Assembly (NCBI RefSeq): GCF_964204645.1 | Contig: NC_134025.1 | Location: 23,292,299-23,356,298, forward strand | Direction: 5' to 3' | DNA: 64,000 nucleotides | From: Tubulanus polymorphus | Taxonomy: Eukaryota; Animalia; Nemertea | In this document: positions 25,803 through 37,871 of the stretch, one piece after another | How positions within the stretch are numbered: the stretch's first letter is position 1 | Layout of the letters: each line of letters begins with the position of its first letter | Position numbers and translations under genes: made by a program | Notes under the pieces: model-generated | What the model was told of the DNA's origin: nothing | Seen by the model: the letters and a program-made list of their open reading frames with translations, nothing else | The model's database searches: none

Positions 25803-26595
25803 AACATCTAGATTATTCCTGGAGATATAGATCGGATATTTTCCGAAGATTCCATAGTTTTTGGCATTAATATCTTCATACAACTAAATTTGTAAATACA
25901 TGTACATCCCAATTGTATGATATAGATTTCATGTCAATATCGGCTTACTATTTGTTGATACTTTTAAGTTTTAATATTTTTTATCATCTATTATCAATAT
26001 TTTTTATCATATATAGTTATTTCAAACAGATATACTTGTCAGGTTGTGTAGTTATATGCATAATTACTGACGATGGTGGGTCAAAAGTTTGAAAATTAAT
26101 GATTTACTCCTTTTCTGACCATATTTCATTACCATGATTATTTATTATTTCATTATGTGCTGCGCCTGACTATGGCATGAATGCTTTAGTCCCAAAACTC
26201 AAACTCTTCCATTTTACATAAAATATCTGTGTTATCATGCATTTTAAAAAGATTTTATGTAGCGTTGTTGTATTTTTGGTTTTTACCAGTTTTAAATCAA
26301 TAAAAGGGTTTGTTACTGGAATGAAAATTAGTTTGTCCTTTGAATTGAAAACACTGCAAAAGAGTGGATTAAGTCAAAGTGAAATAGGTTATATTGCGCA
26401 CAGATTTTGAATATCAACGACAGACAATTAATTACAGTCCAGGCCCATAATTGATATCTAAGAATTTGGGATTTACCTAAATAATCTATTAAGAGAAACA
26501 ATGATGTTTCTTTAAAGCAGGGGTTTCGATGAATCTCAAAACAAAACTCAAAAATATATACTTTAGATATCAATTAACAGACATTAACAATAAGG

Positions 26596-28295
26596 TTAAG
26601 CAAATTCGTTCACAATAGCTGGTCTGAAATTGCTTATACTGAAACAAACATAAACTATCCTAGAACCCATATTGACTTTACTAAGCGGCAGGTCTTTTTT
26701 CAAAATAAGAAAAGTTTTTGACAATCCGATTACTCTTTCTACTTGGATGCGTTTACTGGCTACTCTACGATCATGAACTACTTGTTCAGGTTCAAGTTGA
26801 CTCTTGCCCTTCAATAAAGTTGGGGTGTTCACCTTAATGTTCTTGGTAGCAAAAAGATCTTGTACCATTATACCTCTATCGGCCATGATGCTGTCATTCG
26901 AGCTGAAGTATTTTGAGGTGTTTGAACACAGCTGGGATCGTTCAATGATTTGTCGGTCACTTGTTGAACCCGCATAACTTTCACTTACATAACTAACGAC
27001 CCCTCTCGGTGATATTCCAACCATAGTTTTAAGCGTGTTCTTATGTTTGCATGTGCTGAAAGTTGCAGTTTGAGATTTTACATTCGACGGCTTTTCAATT
27101 GGAATCTCTGTAGCATCTAAAATAACTCTGGTTGACGGAAAATGATGCTTAAAGCCACTGGGCATGAAACAGTCTATCTCTTCTCTCTCTGGCCATGTAT
27201 TGATTTCACTTAATTGGAAATACATGAAGTTTACCCAGGTTAACACAATCCTAGAAACTACACTCTCTGATATGCCGAACAGAATACTCAGTTCTATATC
27301 TTCCTTGGCACGCCTTAATTTGATTAATGTCAAGAAAAATTGATTGACCGGTGTTAGTTTCTGACATTTGTAATTCAAATCGTACGCAGCAGGTCCTAGT
27401 ACACTGAAAAACATCATCAAATGTTCATAGTCTTTAAAACTGGTGTAATATTTGATCGACCTAGGATCCACCATAAATCTCTCGATACAGAAAAATTGAT
27501 CTGAAAGGAGGGAACACTGAATATTCTTATCCAAGTTAGTGTTTTTATTGGTTGGTTCCTCTATTATGTCCATTCTGTAATTGCTGGTATGTTGTAGGCC
27601 TATTTCAACTTCAGTGGCTATGTCATGGTGTACAGGTTCTTCCTCCAGTTTTAATCTTCGCCGACTGGCTCTACTTTCTCTCTCTGAATCTGAGGAAACT
27701 GGTGGTGTGAAGGCAAATATACGCGGAATGGCATTCTCTTTTAATTTTCTTCTAGAACCTGAAACACATAAAGAAAAAAACATATTTCTACTCAAAGATC
27801 AACAGCTGCCAGTCAAGTCAACAACCTTTAAATTAAAAAGATAAATCTACCACATAAATTATTAGGCCTATTGTTGTTATTATCATAATTGAGTTATATC
27901 ATTATCCTGTTATCAACAAACTACTATGATGATATGAAAATAAGCGCCTGGCTTTTTAAAAAAAGTTCAAAACATCGACATTGCATAATATCGATAGGCC
28001 CAAGCTGAGGCCTAAACGAATCAGCCTGCCTTGGATCTTGACCGCTTATTTCACCTTAGTTGGAAAACTCAATAGGAAAGCCATATTTACCGGTAAGTGT
28101 CTGTTTATAGTCCGTTGGTAAAAAATGTCGATGGCATACGATAGCTGTATCCGATGGCTGCCATAATTTTGCAGATTTCTCGCTACTCTGTAGTTTTATC
28201 GCAACAAGCCATTTCATTTTCAAATCTGTGTTCGTAGGGAACTTAAATCCGCCTACTCTTGACTTACAAAGGGGTACACAACAATAGCGAGGCAT
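26596..28295 (-). CDS. THAP + HTH + DDE (Harbinger/IS5-like) transposase, 455 aa
   Basis: Exons 28295-28091 and 27758-26596. THAP: CCVPLC..W..VCHRHF..LKENAIP. Catalytic motifs ILDATE, MADRG and RIQVERVIG are intact. Confidence 0.9.
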
Positions 28296-29378
28296 TATAA
28301 TAGATTCAAGCGCTTTTCAAATCGTCAATTCGCTCGAACGCGGAGATGAATAAAATGTTGTTTACAATTCAAATTCAAATCACTAGGGCCACTAACACGC
28401 GCGCGCCATCTCGCGGCAGCGCTCAGCGCGGCGAGCCCCATTAGTGTCACCGACCGCTAGGCACTTGCAACTAACAACTACATGCTACATTGCTCCGAAA
28501 TATAAAATTTGTTTTCGAAATTTTTACTTGTTGCCATAATACTCACCGTGAATAACATTTTGCAATTATTAGTTTGATTTAAAGTAATTCGGGCCGTAAT
28601 TTGAGGTTGATGTGAAAACTAGACCTTTTTGAAAAGAGGTAAAAAGACGATAGATAACTTGACCAATCAACCAAATAAATCCAATATTTTATTGTGTACC
28701 CAACCCAGTATGTCAACTTCCCAGTCAGTTCTGCATCATTACAACTAAAAGACATTTAATCAATCTACCTTACTCAATCTGGGTTTAGGCCTAAACAAAA
28801 TAGCCAGGTTAATCTTCGAATGTTCCTTCTTGTTAAAAAGCCGAACCGTCCTAAAATTTAAAAGCTCATTCATATTCATCAGGACAACACTTAAGTCAAT
28901 AGACTGGAATGAGCTGGATAACCCATACATGCTGTCTTCCTCCCATAATGATTGCAATTAATGCCGGTAGGCGTATTGGTCTTAGATACTGCAACACACT
29001 TTCACGGATAACAGATCCCACATTCACATCCCTCTTGTGTGATCAAATGTTTCGTGCCCATTTCAATAGTTAATACAGGACACGGCCAACGATTAGGTCA
29101 CTACATTATATGGCCTATGTTATGACATTTAAAGTCTTTAACTAGATAATCAACCACTCGGTGTGAGTTGAAATAATCATCTGGTTAGAGTTCCACAGGG
29201 AAAAGAAATCCGTTGATTTTTATTTTGCATTTTGAAAGAAGCAGTAAAATGAAGTAGCCTTAACAGAAAACTTTTCTGCTTTGGGTCCAATGCAATCGAA
29301 TGTGAACGGCCTAGTTTTAGTGTTGAAGGTGTTTCTTGAATTTTCATTTTATTTTCCAAGTTCTAGTTAAAAGCAAAC

Positions 29379-32300
29379 ATGAGTGTGCATGAGTTTAAGA
29401 TACAGCATTGTGTCAGCGAGATTATGAACATTCTCGGGTTAGTGACAAACAAATGATCGAATTTTGAAAACTGGCTTAACCTTTAATGTCATCGTAATTG
29501 AAATTCATTTAGATAAACATGCATTATTTTCCCATGTAGGACCCAATCTCAAGATGGTCCAAGCGCTGAACTCTACGCCGAGATGCTGATGAAAAACATG
29601 ACTCCATATATAACAACTCAGGTCGGTTATCGATAGAGAAGTGTTAGATTTCTTACGTCAGGCCATTGGATCTGTTCTTTTCAAAGTTTGCGGTTCAATG
29701 TCTATATTTTAGGTGTCGTCTCACAATGCTAAAAGGAAGATTGCTGAGACGTCTCCGACCCCGATGGAATTTCTTCAGAAGTACGACGAGTTGAAGATGA
29801 AGAAGTATGAACTCTTGCCGTTTGAAAACTCATTCTTACAGTGTTCTCCATATCTGGAGGTCCTGAGGGGGGCTGCATTCATTAGTGAAACATCGAATAC
29901 AGAGCTTTAGATCATCCCCAGATATATTAACGAATTAAGCTTAATGTGGCGTAATCACTCCTTCACAAAGAAATTGATGCAAGCGTGAATAGAATGTGCG
30001 TGGAACTCTAGTAGAGTGGGTAGCTAATTTTCAGCGTACGTGTATATATCTCATTCTAGTGTAAGAGATTTAGATCCTCTGGTGTATTTATACTCGAAAC
30101 TGGCGGAGGATGAATCGACAAAATCATTTATCGAGAAGAATGCTAAAGATCGTGCGGCGGCAGCCGGTGTCAGCCTCACATCGCACGCAAACGTCATCAG
30201 TTCCTTACCAGCACCCGGTACAAAAATGTCGCAGCAAGAACTATCTGAGGTACGTGGACAGTAACAAAGATGCCCGGACAATTACTTAGAGAGGGTCAGA
30301 TCTGTTTGAATGTAGGGTGAACCGGTAATTAATGATATTTGTCGAGAGCAATCCAAATCTCGAGCTCGAAATCATGTCTAAATTTCTCTTGTTATTGAGT
30401 TTGATTTGAAAATTTTTCAATTTCCCTAAATACCTTTTTTACAGACTTTTTTTTACTGAACTCGACTTAGCCTTCACTAGATTTTAAACTCTTCATTGAA
30501 TTAAATTGTTTGATCGATCTTTCAGTTGCGTGATAAGTTACTGAAAGAAGCGAGCACTGTGTCTGCCCATACGCCATCAGATGCCTTGCACAGAGTACTC
30601 CGAGATAGACAAGCCAACAAAAATGGTACTTACCGCTTTATAACATGGACTGGAAGTATTTATTTATCAGTTCTAAATATTTAAAGCTGGAATCTTTTTT
30701 CAGCTCAAATTCCCGTGCAACCTGATTGGGTATTCCAAAGACCACACCTTACTATGGATTTTGTAACTGATGATTTGGAGGCTGATCCGGTTCGTCATTC
30801 ATTAATTTACCGGTAATCGTCTTTTTCAATTTTTCAAGTTTTATCTGTAACTGTTTATTTTTTCAGAATGTGGTTCCTGTTGGTACATTACCAACTGCTA
30901 TGCAGGAATATGCTATCATTGAAGATCTGTTGTATTGTATGCAGGTACGATGAATATCCATCATTTATTTCGTATATCAGCAAATTGAAATGCATTGTTA
31001 TGTATGAGCAATCTTTCATTAATAACAGGGAATTGAAGGAAAATACATCGTAGCTTTGCCATTAGCAGAGAAATATGGAGCACGCGAGTTTCAAATCGAT
31101 GGCACATTAGGTGAATATTTACATAACCCAGGTATGGAAATGAGCTAACTACCGGTAGACTTATTTTTCATATGGTTTTTGTATATTTCTGACTTCAGAC
31201 TCTTCAATTCGTGGGTTGACCGAACGGATTTTGCCATTTTGTTCTGATTACTCAACGGTGGTACGATTTATAGAAGGTATGTTCTCATTAGCGCGTGTCT
31301 TCTAATTGTACATTGTGTAATGGTCTTCGTAACTTTAATTCACTCTTAATTCTTATAGAAAAATCATCTTTCGAATATGGACTCGTGAATCATGCTTTAA
31401 GTGCCGCTATGCGCACATCCATTAAGGTTTGTATTTTAAATAAGATTTTCATTGGCTATTAATTCATTTCCTGTTTCTACAAATGTGTATAATCTTTATT
31501 CGTAGGACAGTGCCTTACTTGAAGCCCAGTTAGAACAACAGCAGATTTTGGTAAGATGAATGAAATGAAATGAATGAAAAATTGAACAGTCTCAAAAATG
31601 AGAAACATAGGGCCAGTGGCTCAAGAAAGGATGAATACCATTCTGATAATACAGTTTCAATTGTTACCATATCAGTTATCTGCTGGTTGACTTAAACTAA
31701 CTTTTGAACAACTGACTTGTAACTGTGTACAGCATCCATGGATTTGTCTTATATTGATGCTTTCAGGGCCAATTGACACTTCAAAATATGTGGGCCTATA
31801 TGCAGTCATCAATGCATACAATGGAAACATTAGCATCAATTGCCAACTCCATCAACAAGGTAAGTCACTAAAAGTTTGTGAAATATATACACTAATTTTT
31901 GCTTGTTAGAAATAGCACATACCAGTGTGAGAGTACGAAAAATCTAGTGAACTCTTTATCGATGACTATGATGTTGTATTTCAGGGAGAATGTATCGGTG
32001 GTGCAGTACTTAGTCTTCTACATGAGAAAACCACTAGTCTTTATGGGTAATGTACCATCTCTGTTTATAGGTCTTTCAGCCATGTGCTTCTTCCAATTCG
32101 ACAGCAGAGACCCTCAAAGTTTGTAAATCGCCTGATTATGTTTTGTTGTCACGTGTGGGGAGTCTCCATCAGTGGTTGGCATACAAAGTCAAGTGCAAGA
32201 CGTCTCTATATTAGACATTAGTTACATGTAATTGAATTCCAAAACATGAAAATGTACTTTATGACATCATCTTGTGGGATATAGTCAGTATATAAGTTTT

Positions 32301-35300
32301 AGGATTTGTTTCATGGGAAGAAAGTACCAGTTCTGAACGAAATTTGCGGAATTTTATTTTCAGGGATAGAAAACGTCAGGAACTGTGTCTCTATCTAACA
32401 CAAGTGGTAAGAAGCATATCTTTATAAGTCTGAAAATGTTGATAATTACTGAATCTACATATTGGGGTATGATAATAGGATCGCTATCTTCATAGGCATG
32501 CGCCCCATATTTTGATGTGCTGGAAAAATGGATTTATAAGGGAATCATTTCTGACCCATATTCTGAGGTGTGTAGAAACTCATTGCTTGATGCATTCTCC
32601 AAAAAAACGTTAAAATTCTCATCGTTGAAATTATTTTTCAGTAATCAATTTTTTTCATGATTTTCTAACAGTTTTTGGTGGAAGAAGATGAAAACTTTAG
32701 TAAGGAGAAACTACAGGAAGATTATAATGATGCATATCCTTTTTACTCAAAAAGAATGTCACGAAAATCGTCTGTTTGACTGTTCTAGTTCCCTTTGACT
32801 CATCTTTGATTAACAATAACATATTTAAATCCTTAATTTATTGTTATACTTATTGGGAGCAGCATTATTCTATTTGTCGTGAGCGAATTCCCGTTTTCTT
32901 GGAAAAAGTAGCTGACAAAATACTTAGCACTGGCAAATATCTGAATGTCGTGAGACAATGTGGTGAGATTCTGATTTCAATTTAGATATCTCTGCATCAT
33001 TCATATCATTGTTAAAGAATATATATATATATATATATATTCTATTTTTTTTATTTTTCGTATTTGCTCTTTTTAAGGGCGTCATGTTCACTGTCCACAT
33101 GCCATTGAAATTTTGTATACGATGGAATGTCAGTACGTCGAACAAATTGAAGAGGCGTATAGCTACGCGAGCACTATCCTTCTTGAACTTCTAATGAAAG
33201 AAAAAGAGCTCATGTCCCGACTTCGGTAAGGTTATCAGGTGACCTGATTTTAGTTAACTGGAAATTCTGTCATAATCGTGATACTTATACAGTATAAAAT
33301 TAATCTCAAGTTACACATTTAGCTCATAATCTTAGGTTTCGCTTTTTGCATCCCTCGCATTAGGTTCCGCTTTAGAAAGGATTGATTTGCTGGTTTTAAA
33401 TGTGCGTATTTATTTTCAGTTCAATAAAGCACTACTTCTTGCTGGATCAGGGAGACTTTATCGGCCAGTTCATGGATATGGCTGAGGGAGAAATGAAGAA
33501 AACTATCGATGATATCCTTTCTGAATTTCATATGAGAATTTTTAAGAATCTTATATGCATCAGAGTACATTTACATATATGTTATCAGTTTTCTTCCAGC
33601 TTTTCCTTAACTTTTCATACAGATTATGCCCACACGTCTGGAAACTTTACTGGAGCTGGCTCTCCGAACTAGTACAGCAAACGTGGACCCATTCAAAGAT
33701 GACCTAAAGTGAGCGGTTTATAGCCTATTGGCAAATTGGACTTGTATCTGAGGAGAGTTTAGATTTTAAAACATTCTTTATTTCAGGGTCGATTTACTGC
33801 CATATGATTTGATTACTCAACTCTTCAAAATCTTGACCATAGATACAAAATTGGAGAAAGGTATGTTATCGATGCAGCATTTCGCATTCCACTGAGAAGT
33901 AAGAAACCACTAAATTTTGTAATTTGCGTTTTTAAGATTATCGAGTGGATCCAACTGATTTACATTTATCCGGTTTAGAAGCGTTCTCTTTCGATTATGT
34001 CGTCAAGTGGCCAGTGTCCTTGGTACTCAATAAAAAGGTTCGAATTCATTATGCTAGATTTCATGAAATATTACTTTATTACTTCTTTCAAAAATATTGT
34101 TTCTTCCTTTTTTAGGCTCTCACAAGGTATCAGATGTTGTTCCGACATTTGTTCTATTGTAAACATGTTGAACGGCAGTTATGCGAGTAAGTGTTCTCCT
34201 GGCTGACAGACTACAGACTACGTTTTCATGCTCTCTGCTGGCTGGAAGAGTTAGATCACTCAAAAAATGAATTCTAGTTTGGAAAATGAGTTGATTTATT
34301 CTGATTTATGATCATTCCAGTGTATGGATAAGTAATAAAGGTGCCAAACAGTACACGTTGCACTCATCAAGATGGTTTGCATCTGCATTCGCGCTTCGTC
34401 AAAGAATGCTTAACTTTGTCCAGAATTTTGAATATTATATGATGTTCGAAGTGCTTGAGCCAAACTGGGTTGTGTTCGAAAATAACTTGAGTTCAGTAAG
34501 TATCAATCCTTACCAGTACCTTTGCTCAGTACTAAGCAACTCGGATGTATTCTCTTTGAACACAATGAAATCCACTTTAAAAATGACATGTTTTATTTTG
34601 TATCGATCAGGTGTCAAATTTGGATGATGTGCTGGCGTATCATACAGATTTCCTGAATGTCTGTCTGAAAGACTGCATGCTGACAAATCCGGATCTTCTC
34701 AAAATTGTTCACAAGTTGATGATGGTTTGCGTGACGTTTAGCAATTTCATTCAGGTCAGTGGTGAGAATCTTCTGCGCGGATGATGGCAAAAATAGATTT
34801 CTGCACCGAATTATTTTGAATACATATGTCGGAACATGACCTGATGTCATATATTCTATTGTAGAGATTATCGCAGGCAACAAACGTGTCAAAATCAGAA
34901 AATCAAGCACAATCGATGGCCAAGAAAGATCGACCCGAGGATAAACGCAAAACAACTACAAAAGTAAGCAGAAGTTGATGAATGCTTGTGTTAGTTATAG
35001 TGTTAGTGAGGCTCCAGTTGCACAGTTGTGGTTTATTCTAAGACTGGTCTGATCCGAGTTGTTAGATTGTGAGGAACTTAAGAGGGCATAGGCTAGTCTA
35101 GAGGTGCAACTGCCTGATGATTTGTTTCACTTTCGCCTGAGAAATACATTTACCACTACTAGAAAATGAGTTTCCAATACTAGGACCTCAGAAGGACTAT
35201 ATATGGATTTTCATCATTGGTTGTTTCAGGTAGTATCTGAGCATGTTGAAAACATAACCTCCAGCGAAAATTTTGAACGGACAATCAGTAATTTTGACAG

Positions 35301-36051
35301 CAATTTCAACCGGCTTCTCGTCAGTTTACTCGAGAAGATTATGGATTTCAGTAATGCGAGTTGTGAGCACAAAATGATTAACGTCCTGTATCGGTATGTT
35401 TGAATATCTTCTATGTTTATATTCTGTTCTGCGTATTTCCAGATGTGTAACCCTAACCCAGTGACACTAGAATACTGATAGACATCCGTTTTGAAATCGT
35501 TTTCTATCATCTTGCAATTTTTGATATATTCAGGTTGGATTTTAGTGGTTACTACAGCGAACAGCTGGAAGCGCTGTCTACAGAAAAATCGATGATAGTA
35601 GATCAGGGCTCGGTAAAATCTGATTCCGGCTCACGTAAGTTCAATGAACCATTGTATTCAATTTAACAAAAAGACTAAAGATTATTAAGAAATTTCTGTG
35701 AAGATGGCTGTAAGGCAAAAAAAATGACACCTTGTTTCTCCTAATGGACTGGGACACTTTGGTAAACTGCAATAAAATTTGTAGTATATTTCTATAACTG
35801 AAAGGAAAAACAAGGTATCCATTTTTTTTCCCTAACTCTAGCTAGCCTTAATAGAAAGAAATCGTTTCCCCACAAGAATGCGCCTTTCACGAACTAGGTA
35901 AATGCTATTATGTGGGGTAACATTTCTTGTTACATGCAAAATGGTTTGGATTATATTTTTGAATGAAAAAGTTTTGATTGCATTTACAGCATCATCACGT
36001 TCAACGGCCTCGGCACCAGCTTCAATGGAGCGAACAAATAGTGCTCGCTAA
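29379..36051 (+). CDS. TUBGCP2: Gamma-tubulin complex component 2 (GCP2/Spc97)
   Basis: About 29 coding exons. Conserved blocks MSVHEFKIQHCVSE, FLQKYDELK, LDPLVYL, EDYNDAYWEQHY, ILSTGKYLNVVRQC, SIKHYFLLDQGDF, LRQRMLNFVQNFEYYMMFEVLEPNW. Stop TAA at 36049-36051. Confidence 0.95.
32734..32849 (+). other. U12-type AT-AC intron in TUBGCP2
   Basis: 5' ATATCCTTTT, branch TCCTTAAT at 32830-32837, 3' TATAC. Removal restores D-Y-N-D-A-Y-W-E. Confidence 0.9.
33512..33620 (+). other. U12-type AT-AC intron in TUBGCP2
   Basis: 5' ATATCCTTTC, branch TTCCTTAAC at 33603-33611, 3' CATAC. Removal restores K-T-I-D-E-I-M-P-T-R-L-E. Confidence 0.92.
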
Positions 36052-36716
36052 ACAGAATACTACTGAGAAGGCGTATTGCTGGGTGTAGCTCTGAAAGATT
36101 AGCTCACTGGAATTCTGATATGATGGTGATTATCTGCGGCAACATACTCATACTTAGAATTAAAACTAGCAAGAGAATCTCAAAGCAAAACTGTCTCTCC
36201 TCGAAAAATGTGACCGAGAATGTGATGTTATGTTGTATGAATAGTTTGGAATAAATTTGATAAGCTAATGCAGTTTTTGAAGTGTTATAGTGAAAATCTA
36301 TCGATTGAAACTCTTTTCAAGGCAGATCAGTCTGAAGTCCTCTATTCGTTAGCTTAAAAAAGGATTACGTATGGATTTTCAATGCCAACGACTGAACCGG
36401 CAGTCCAACTGATACAAGATAACTCTGAATTCGGATCGGTTTTATCCGGATTTTCACTTATTTCAGACTAGAATTCCAGTCCTCTCTAGGTTATTTCTAT
36501 TCAAATGAGAGAACATAATTCGGATGTCGTTTAATTCGGACAAAATCTTACGGCCATAGGTGATCCGAATTAAGTAAAATCTACTGTATACTGAAAAACA
36601 TCAGTTCTCCCTTATCACGTCGCAATGGTCATCACTACCGGTAGGTCCACAGTTTTCATGAATATACAGAAGGGAAGGTTTTCCAATCAATGAGCACCTC
36701 ATTAAAACGTTCCGGG

Positions 36717-37589
36717 CTTAAGTGCTTTCTCACTGTACGTACTCAATTAAAGATTTGTTGTTAAATATTTACGTTCATTATATATGTATTGAATTCTGTG
36801 GACTCTTGTCAGACTGACAATATAGATTATGAACAATTATTGTCATTAGTCAATTGCTATGCATTTAACCTTCTTTGAGTGTAATCATTGGAATGTTAAT
36901 CTTAAGAATGCTTGTATCTCATTGGAATTCTCATTTACGTATGATTGGAAGATTTACTAGACCTCGAAGAATGCGTATGACACGAATGTGTTACTGGGTC
37001 CAGTTCATTGCGGAAGATCTTGGATGAAATTCTAAAGCCTGGGGCCAGTTGCTCAAAAGATGAAGTTTACTGATAGACAAATACCATACTGACAATGCAA
37101 TTTCAATTAATACTATGGCATTCATCCAACAGTTATCTGTTAAACCAACTTGTAAGTTACTGACCCTAGATAAATTTTATTTTCGATTTTCATCCAGACC
37201 AGCAGTACATACGAGAGTCGTTCATAAAGTATTTTAAGAACCGTCAGAAAAATTTAACATTAGCGGTTGTTATATCGTATGAATAGGGTGAAAATTTATT
37301 CATTTCTCATTTATGTAACATTAGGGACATGAGGAGTTTAATTACCGCGCTCTAGTTGATTAAACGACGGAGGACCTCCCAGATTTTAAGAACACGGTTT
37401 ATATACCGGGTACATATTACATTACGAAGTCTTCAATTGCAATTATGTTCGACCTGTCAGTGATTCTATGTAAATATTTATGCAAAATGAAAATCGTTTG
37501 TATTTTGAAATAAAGGTCGTACTTGAAATTTATTAGGTTTACCATTTTTGTTGTTTATCATACGTACGTACAGTGAGAAAGCACTTAAG
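36717..37589. repeat. Perfect 26-bp inverted repeat pair (36717-36742 / 37564-37589); possible TTAA-flanked non-autonomous transposon
   Basis: CTTAAGTGCTTTCTCACTGTACGTAC and its exact reverse complement. Confidence 0.75.
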
Positions 37590-37871
37590 AGGACACATCT
37601 ATCTATTTGTAACCTCCCCAACACAATTTGCTTCACCACCATCGGTCACGATCTCGTTGGCGTAAACGTTTTTGCTTTAATCTGATACCTTCCCGTATTA
37701 TCGACAAGGTGATGGACTGTAGTCGGCCTTGTGGCTATTATGTGTGTCGTCTGGGGAGCAACGGAACCAAGAGATTCATCTAATCTCCACTTTATGCTAT
37801 AGGCGTAAGTTAACTATGAGGAAAAAACATTTCACAGAAGCGCTTGCCCTCAAGGAGAACACGACTCCGAC

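Larger units (their letters stand above)
22897..28439. mobile_element. Autonomous PHIS-superfamily (ISL2EU-like) DNA transposon, 5543 bp
   Basis: Perfect 11-bp TIR GGGGCTCGCCG / CGGCGAGCCCC plus degenerate subterminal similarity. ATT lies directly on both sides (22894-22896, 28440-28442). Two convergent, uninterrupted genes inside. Confidence 0.9.
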
